Shown here: piece after piece, positions 55,719 to 64,000 of the stretch | Layout: each line of letters starts with the position of its first letter | Numbering within the stretch: position 1 is the stretch's first letter | Assembly: GCA_951406725.2 (NCBI GenBank) | Contig: OX597817.1 | Location: 94,860,001 to 94,924,000 of the forward strand | Direction of reading: 5' to 3' | Length of the DNA stretch: 64,000 nucleotides | Origin: Octopus vulgaris | Taxonomy: Eukaryota | Made by a program: the position numbers and the translations under genes | Notes under the pieces: model-generated | Database searches by the model: none | Told to the model about the DNA's origin: nothing | Seen by the model: only the letters and a program-made list of their open reading frames with translations

Positions 55719-57036
55719 ATAAAACGGTAAGATAACAAAAGAAAGAAAGAGACCTCAATATTATGTAAATAGAGGAAATTTATCTATACAATATGTTACA
55801 TTACTCGGTAGTCAAGATAAAACTCTGAGTTTCAGATGCTGAAGTGGAAATCTACAACACCATCTCTTCGGTTATCTGGCTATTTGAAAACGTTATGAAA
55901 AAATACCGTTAAAAATGAAGGGAAATTACTCTGTTATAACTCTGCTTTGCCTGCGTACTTATACATCGCTCGCATTTTTTCGTCATAAAAATTATATAAA
56001 AATACATAAAAATATATAAAAATATATAAAAATATAAATTCTTCTTGGGACATAACACAGAAAGCATGTTCTATCCGTTTTCTAGAGGGGACCAAAAACG
56101 TAACAGAAATTTAGTCACATGTGGGCATGATCCGAAAAGCTCTGTCCTTGTATTTAGACATGTGGTAGGGTCTAAGCTGCTTTTCCAGATAAGCCATCTC
56201 TCCATGTCGCATAAACAGCACCTTCCGCTGCCGTTAGTATAGGGCTTACATCTGGCCAAAATCTTCCATTGTATGTTATAATCGACACCTTTATCTCTTA
56301 AAGACCAAATATGATTGGATAATTGTGTCGCTTTTCTTTTGTTCCAGTGCCTAAAGCTCAAAGTGTGGTTATTGAACCTGGCCTTGAAATTACCCTCTGT
56401 AACGAAGAAATACGTGGGCCTTACAGAGGGTAATTTCAAGGCCAGGTTCAATAACCACACTTTGAGCTTTAGGCACTGGAACAAAAGAAAAGCGACACAA
56501 TTATCCAATCATATTTGGTCTTTAAGAGATAAAGGTGTCGATTATAACATACAATGGAAGATTTTGGCCAGATGTAAGCCCTATACTAACGGCAGCGGAA
56601 GGTGCTGTTTATGCGACATGGAGAGATGGCTTATCTGGAAAAGCAGCTTAGACCCTACCACATGTCTAAATACAAGGACAGAGCTTTTCGGATCATGCTC
56701 ACATGTCACTAAATTTCTGTTACGTTTTTGGTCCCCTAAAGAAAACGGATAGAACATGCTTTCTGTGTTATGTCCCAAAAAGAATTTATATTTTTATATA
56801 TTTTTATATATTTTTATGTATTTTTATATAATTTTTATGACGAAAAATGCGAGCGATGTATAAGTACGCAGGCAAAGCAGAGTTATAACAGAGTAATTTC
56901 CCTTCATTTTAAACGGTATTTTTTCATAACGTTTTCAAATAGCCAGATAACCGAAGAGATGGTGTTGTAGATTTCCACTTCAGCATCTGAAACTCAGAGT
57001 TTTATCTTGACTACCGAGTAATGTAACATATTGTAT

Positions 57037-57041
<5 letters not shown>
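55717..57041. mobile_element. Penelope-like GIY-YIG fragment arranged as a giant inverted repeat (arms about 620 bp)
   Basis: 55781-56402 is a near-perfect reverse complement of 56421-57041, with an 18-nt spacer. Encodes KKYVGLTEGNFKARFNNH...WKILARCKPY...CCLC. Confidence 0.93.
56945..57007 (+). ncRNA. Type I hammerhead-like motif, U4C core (mirror copy at 55815-55877, minus)
   Basis: agataa CCGAAGA gatg...catc t GAAA ctcagag TT ttatct, downstream of the GIY-YIG ORF. Confidence 0.6.
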
Positions 57042-57079
<38 letters not shown>

Positions 57080-57181
57080 ATTAAGAAGATCGGTACGTTA
57101 AATGTTATTTAACCTACCGATCTACTTGGTAGAATTATCAATTAATTGATTAATGAATTAATTAACTTTAAGCTATTATTA

Positions 57182-57235
<54 letters not shown>

Positions 57236-57354
57236 TATAGATTTCCATATGTATATATGTATATACATCCATATATATATATATAAATATATATGTATGA
57301 ATATATATCTACACATGTATATATTCATATATATATATATATACACACACAACT

Positions 57355-57391
<37 letters not shown>

Positions 57392-57468
57392 TAGACAGAC
57401 TCTATATATGTATATACATATATACATATCTATACATATACATACATATATATACTTATACATAAATA

Positions 57469-57538
<70 letters not shown>

Positions 57539-57623
57539 TATGTATACATACATATACATACATATATATGCATACATATACATATATAAAAATATCATAG
57601 TGAAAGTAATAGAAATGAAATTA

Positions 57624-57685
<62 letters not shown>

Positions 57686-57957
57686 TATATATTATTTAAA
57701 TGTATAGTGAAAGTATGAATAGTTTCGCTATCAAGCTGAAAGTATTATCTCACGTAAAATAGAGATGTTATTGCTTCACTTTTGACCCGTAATACTGAAA
57801 TAGTGTAAGAGATGAGATTGCTCTGGGTTCGCATTAGGCAAGGAGGTGAACATATTTCCAACCCATGATACTGCATGGACCCTAATTAAGGTCTGTTTCA
57901 AATTTGAATGAAATAGGTTGGACAGTTCTTGAGTTATAGTGATGCACACATACACAG

Positions 57958-58023
<66 letters not shown>

Positions 58024-58612
58024 ACACACATACTCAGTTTCATATATATAGATATATATAGGATCTAGTTAAACTGATTCACAAAATCTGCATTTTCAAA
58101 AGAAAGTAAAAAATCTGAAAATCGGCTATATTAATGTAGTTTTCTACTCTTAGTGCTATGAAGGCATAATGTTGTGGAGACAAAAACTAGAGGAAAAAGT
58201 TAAAGAGGTTTAAAAATCGAAAAAAATCTGTATTTTAGCCAATAGCGAGACAGAAATTTTCTGCGTTTAACGGTGTCAACTTTAAGATTGTACCCTGTGA
58301 AATTTATAGTTTAACATCTGTGAAATGACCGGTTCATTGTAGGTTTCTAAATAAACAGAAATACCTAATAAAATCGACATGAATCATCTTACTGTTTCTT
58401 TTGTCTCTTCATTGATTTCTATAATGTTCTGTATGTTTTATTATGCTTTTTAAATTTGTTATATTAATATATTTGTCTGCATGTGTTTACTTTATGTGTA
58501 TGTCAGCATTTTGTATACCTGTCATGTATTTGCGTACATCATTAATATATAAGTGCATGTATATGTATGTATTCAGTTATGTACATTTATGCATTCACGC
58601 GTGTGTGTGTTA

Positions 58613-58684
<72 letters not shown>

Positions 58685-59671
58685 AGGAGGCGTCTGTCTC
58701 CAAAACTCCAAAATTGGGTAACGTTTTCGTGCTTGGATTTGTAAACTACGATAAGAATAACACTGGTCAACAAAGAATTTGTCCCGAGAAAAAGAATACC
58801 TGTTTCTTGCATGTTTTTGCATGCAGAATTCAAAAATAATGTCAAATTATCTGTATCACACATAGTTTCTTTGTTCCACGATATCCCTCTTAGTTCCTGT
58901 TACATGGGCTAAATTTCAGTTAAGCTGTGGAAATGTGAAGCTAACGGTTTAAAAAATACTCCTAATTTAAATGTTTATGAATAGAATTAACCTAGTGAAA
59001 CCATAAATCCAGCTGAGTCAATGTGTCCCTGAAGCTTAGCATTACTGAGACGATGAGTCATCAATGCTTTGTCAATACTGTGCTTGAAGTGTAGGTGTGC
59101 GGTTGTGTGCTAAGTTCACATATTCCACTCACCATCATATGCCAAGAAACTGTATAAACATCGCAGTATAACAGAGACAGACAGGCACAGATGTTATTTT
59201 TTCAAATTTTCTAAATTAAATGAAGTTTTACCCTTTTAGATCCTATTTATTATTCAGCTGGTACTTATTTTATTTTTAGGGTTGATAAAATAAGTACTAG
59301 TTGAATGTGTAACCAGTTCAGTTGATCATAAAACTGGAAAGACCATCCTAGAAACAGATGACAATTCATTTCCTTTAGTTTTTGTTTACTTATACACCTC
59401 AGCAAATGAGCCAATGAGGTAATCTTTGTGTGGTTGTTCAATTTGCTAGAAAAACTGCCAAATCTCCCTCACACTATGCTCTAACATTTTAAAAATGGAG
59501 GACACGTTAAATAATGTTGTCCTAAATCTTCTATAAAAATACAGAATGGCTCATTCTGGCCTGAGCTGGGTTTAAACTGAAAGCCATTCGTTGCAACGAA
59601 TGCAAACACAGAAAAACTTCACAAAATATATGTAAAATATAGGCGTCTGTGTGGTAAGTAGCTTGCTTACC

Positions 59672-61806
59672 TCATTGCGCACGTGCGAATTAGAGTTGTG
59701 TTTGACACTGAAGCTGTAAGACGTGTTTTTGAAGCCGTCTTAAATTGAAGACTTTTGAAACTCAGCTGTAAGGTAAGATTTTGGGGAGGTCTAGTGGGGG
59801 CCTGTTGTTTGCCGCAATTATTTTTTACTAACAAGAAGTCTTCACTGGATTCTAGTCTACCTGAGGCTGAGTCAAAATTTTTTTCACTTAATTGTGAAAA
59901 TTATTGTTTTGCTGCCGCAAAATTTTGAGAATTGTGTTTGTCCAGGTATTTTGGAAAAGATTTCAACAATATTGTTCCTGTCAAGAAGTACATATGAGAA
60001 GAAAATTGGAATGATTTTTCAGTAATTAACTGTTTAACAATTGCGTTAAAAATTTTGGCCTGGAATACCGAGTGACCTTTGCTGTGTTTTGCACTGTTGC
60101 TCTCACTTTATCTATCTTTTATTTTAAAAAAAACTCTTTATTGAACTGTTAATTTTTTTTCTATTTCCTTTTTGTTTGGACTTCTTTCTCTTCCTTCTTT
60201 TTCCTTAATTATTTTCTATTTTAAGAACTGTATTTTTGGACTTTTTAAAAAAAACATGGCAAATAACAATGGAAAGTTAGTGGAGTGGGAAATTACACCA
60301 CCCAAAAGATAGTTAAAAGAACTTGAACATAAGACGGTGGTTTTGAGGACTTACTCTAGGATCCTCGACGTCATTGCCGTTTTCAAAAAATATATAATCG
60401 AAAGAGAGGTGGCAGAATTTATGCCAGCCATTAAGTTTATCTCTCGTGGTGGGGGGGGGGGCAAATATGCAACCGTGTGGTTGCTGTTTCACTCCCCAGA
60501 AGTGGCTTGTGAATTTGCGAGCCAGTTCCTGGAGGGCAATGACGAGGACTCGGGTTTGCGGCTTGCCACCCGGAGTTGAGCCCGAGTGGATAGGAGATAC
60601 TAAGCTCCTCAACGTAAATATTCTTCCTGCGGCTGACTAGGGGGGGGGTCAAAAGCTGCTTTGATCCCATGGACCCAGTCAGCCGAAAGTCTTGTATTTC
60701 CAGACTTTTTGAGAATGGCTGGGTCTAGGTATCCAGTGATGCTCGACGGACGCCCCCACCCCCGCCAAGTGTCATCGGTGCTTGGAGCCTGGCCATATAA
60801 AAAAGAACTGTCCTCAAGGGCAAAGCAAAGTCCTGGAGCGGTTGACGGAGACCTTTGTAGAGGAGGGAATGAAGGCGGCCGAGGAGACGGATGACTCCTC
60901 AAAGAAATGCCGCAAAAGAAAGAAGGTGAGTAATAATGGGTGCTCACCGAAGGATCCTGGGGATGAGAGAGAGGAGGTGAATCTCCCAGCCACGGAGGAG
61001 ACACACCTTCCCCTAGTCGAGAAGAAAAAAAGAGGAAGAGGAGGAGAAACGGGATATTGCCGACAGTCGGAGACATGGCGCCGGAGGGTCCCGGAGCATC
61101 TTCGGTGGGGGTTGTGCCACCGGCGGGGGGGGGACATACCATTGGCGGGAATTATGCCGCCAATGCTAGAATTGACTACCTCGGATCTGGAGGAGGAAGA
61201 ACTGTTGGTCTTCTTTTATAGAGGCGAAGAGGTGGAAAAGGTGGTGACAGAACACTACAAGGGAGTACCTTTGGCCTTCACACAGGAATCCGAATGGCCT
61301 CCGCAGATAGCTGTGGAGGTCATAACGTTGCAAATCTGAAGGGACTAAAAGAGGAATATCTTTCGTGACCGGGTGACGCCGACTCGGAACCTGCCCTGAT
61401 TTTAAAGCAAGCATGGGCGATGGTGGAGTACACGGACACAAGCGATGATGAGGTGGAAAATTGACAAGAGGTTGAAAAGCCTCAGTGTTATAATGTGTAA
61501 GAGGCTCAGCGCCTCATTTGTAAATGGAATAGTGTTGACTGTATACTTAATATTTTATTGTATGTTATTTGTAATGGACTATTAAGTCTAATAACTGCAA
61601 AAAATTGTAATGAGAGGTTCAATACCTCGTTTTGTTTTTTTCTATTGAAAAAAAAGAAGAATATTTTAGAGAAGCAAAAAATCGGCGGGCGTTCTTTGTC
61701 TTCTCCCATCAATATCATCCTCTTTTCACCATTCACCTCATTAATGTATGTGTCCAGCCAGCGAGCTACTCTTTGTAATGCCTTTATGGCAAATCTTAAT
61801 GAAATA
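59672..61806 (+). mobile_element. Internally deleted L1/Tx1-like element with 16-bp TSD
   Basis: TSD aagtagcttgcttacc at 59656-59671 and 61807-61822. 5' UTR, decayed ORF1-like region from ATG 60256, then a jump to a 3' UTR ending aataaa; no RT. Confidence 0.72.
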
Positions 61807-62235
61807 AAGTAGCTTGCTTACCAATCACATGGTTCTGGGTTTAGTCCTACTGCGTGGCACCTTGGGCAAGTATCTTCTACTATAGCCTCGGGCTGACCAA
61901 AGCCTTGTGAGTGGATTCGGTAGACAGAAACTGAAAGAAGCCCGTCGTATATATATATATATATATATATATGTTTATGTGTGTGTGTGTGCGTGCGTGT
62001 GTGTGCGTGTGTATATGTTTGTGTGTCTGCGTTTGTCCTACTCACCCCCTAACATCACTTGACAACCGATGCCGGTGTGTTTACGTCCTGTAACTTAACG
62101 GTTCGGCCTAAGAGACCGATAGAATAAGTACTAGACTTATGAAAATTAAGTCCAGGGCTCAATTTGCTCGACTAAAGGCGGTGCTTCAGCATGGCTGCAG
62201 TCAAATGACTGAAACAAGTAAAAGAATAAAAGAAT
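61807..62235 (+). mobile_element. 3' portion of a tRNA-derived SINE whose head is at 59641-59671
   Basis: Joining 59641-59671 to 61823 onward restores the 50895-type SINE. Confidence 0.88.
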
Positions 62236-62658
62236 AAAAAACAAGAATGAAAATATATGAAAAAATTCTAAAATATCAAGACAATTGCCGAAAAATATCT
62301 ACAATAAAATTCTGATTGATAACTATAAATTTTTATTAACGCAAAACAGGCGGGTGAAGTAAATCTCGTGGTGTGAAGAATCAACACAACACAACGTGCA
62401 GGTGAAGTGAAACACAACAAAACTTGCAGTTGTCATGGTAACAAGCTGTTCATGCCTCGCTATCTGTTAATTCGCTAAAATTACCTGAATTTTCCCAACT
62501 TTAATTCCAAATAACATCAGATTCTTTAATTTACGAAATAAAGTAATTGGTTGATCGTAATCAAAATTCAGAGCTGCATCGATACACCAAAGTTGAAAGC
62601 AATCTGAACAAAATTAAAGAGGGATGATTTTGTGAATCAGTTTAACGAGGTCCTCTGT

Positions 62659-62745
<87 letters not shown>

Positions 62746-62927
62746 GTGTTTGTCTCATGTTGATGTGTTTACGTTCCCGTAACTTAACGGTTCGGCAAAA
62801 GATACCAATAAAATAGGTACTAAGCTTACAAAGAATAAGTTCTGGGGTCGATTTGTTCGACTAAAGGCGGTGCTCCAGCATGGCAGCAGTCAAATGACTG
62901 AAACAAGTAAAATAATATATACATATA

Positions 62928-62958
<31 letters not shown>

Positions 62959-63178
62959 AAATACATATTTACACTTACCAAAGTCAGTTATAGTCACTAG
63001 GAAACAGGAATTTCCAGCTCTTGTCTCACACAAAACTTCACGTTTTAGCCAGGGACTTGTGGACGGTTGTGTTATAAGATCATCCAGGTCATCTTTAAGG
63101 TCAGTGAAGGTATACGGATAACAGTGAGCCAGGTAATATTGGCTGTCGGCGTATGGGAATTCCTAGATGTATAAATTA

Positions 63179-63248
<70 letters not shown>

Positions 63249-63300
63249 GGTGGTGGTGGTGGTGGTGGTGGTGGTGGTGGTGGTGGTGGTGGTGGTGGTG

Positions 63301-63365
<65 letters not shown>

Positions 63366-63387
63366 GGTGGTGGTGGTGGTGGTAGTG

Positions 63388-63453
<66 letters not shown>
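63179..63453. repeat. (GTA)n/(GTG)n compound microsatellite
   Basis: Alternating pure triplet blocks. Confidence 0.95.
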
Positions 63454-63561
63454 CAAAGGTGATAGATAAGGAAATATTACAGGAACAAGTTAGAGCAAAA
63501 GGTTACATAGCAATCGAATGAAACGAAAAATGTGGCAGTATACACATGTATAAGAAGATCC

Positions 63562-63700
63562 CTGGAGAAGTGCTTCTACCTATGGTCTAGAATGGAAACT
63601 CACAGATTTAGGAGTACCAACAACCTACTAAGAGCAGGTTGTTGGTACTCCTAAATCTGTGAGTTTCCATTCTAGACCATAGGTAGAAGCACTTCTCCAG
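63562..63700. repeat. Perfect 65-bp-arm hairpin with 9-nt loop
   Basis: 63562-63626 is the exact reverse complement of 63636-63700. Confidence 0.95.
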
Positions 63701-64000
63701 TGTCATTCTCCGGCCTGTAATGCATTTGCACAGATCATACTCAACTACTCTCCCCCACGTCTCACAAAATTCGCTGGAGGGGACTGCCTTCCTCTTCACC
63801 TTCACCTTCCTTTCCCCAAGTTGAACTTGAAGAAATTAGTGGGTGTTTGCCCGAAGAGGCAAAGTGGTTGTCTTCAATCCCATTTTTACTCTGCGTTAAG
63901 GCGATCTTCAAGATGGACTTGATCAACATACAGTAATGTAATGTTCGAGCATCGAAAGTATGCATGCAGAAAGGTTTTGTCATTCCTGAAAGAGCCTGTT
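63701..64000 (-). mobile_element. Possible L1/Tx1-like ORF2 C-terminal remnant
   Basis: Frameshifted ...LISS/FKFNL..KVKVKRKAVPSSEFCETW pattern; GC content higher than the flanks. Confidence 0.4.

Larger units (their letters stand above)
58060..62654. mobile_element. Degenerate TIR DNA transposon (possibly Sola2-like) with nested SINE and LINE
   Basis: 29-bp imperfect TIRs aggatctagttaaactgattcacaaaatc / gattttgtgaatcagtttaacgaggtcct. Superfamily is a guess from the GAG-like terminus and an RICPEKK remnant near 58770. Confidence 0.6.

Noticed and set aside
58990-59150. Exon-like minus-strand stretch (HLHFKHSIDKALMTHRLS...)
   Set aside because: No similarity to the expected upstream CCP exon (YPYTY...LAGN), weak splice signals, and it lies inside a TIR element.

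Overview
AT-rich, microsatellite-saturated animal DNA. The repeat landscape looks like an octopus (coleoid cephalopod) genome; this is my recognition, not a database result. The window is the interior of one minus-strand gene for a cytosolic carboxypeptidase (CCP2/3, AGBL2/3-like, M14 family). Eight phase-compatible GT-AG exons between 48280 and 3161 carry the HPGE, NPDG, DLNR, DLHGH and FTME motifs; both gene ends lie outside the window. The introns hold mariner and Tc1 transposons, R4/Dong-like LINEs in (TAA)n, a CR1-like LINE, L1/Tx1-like and RTE fragments, tRNA-derived SINEs and Penelope-like (GIY-YIG) elements. The most striking signal is about 18 minimal type I hammerhead-ribozyme motifs, read by eye. 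They sit in short fold-back or partial-tandem elements next to (TA)n tracts (Penelope/retrozyme-like). Several have non-canonical cores: a related group has an extra G before stem II and shows C-G, G-C and U-A covariation at the 3-8 tertiary pair, and three different elements share a U4C core. Cleavage activity cannot be shown from sequence alone.
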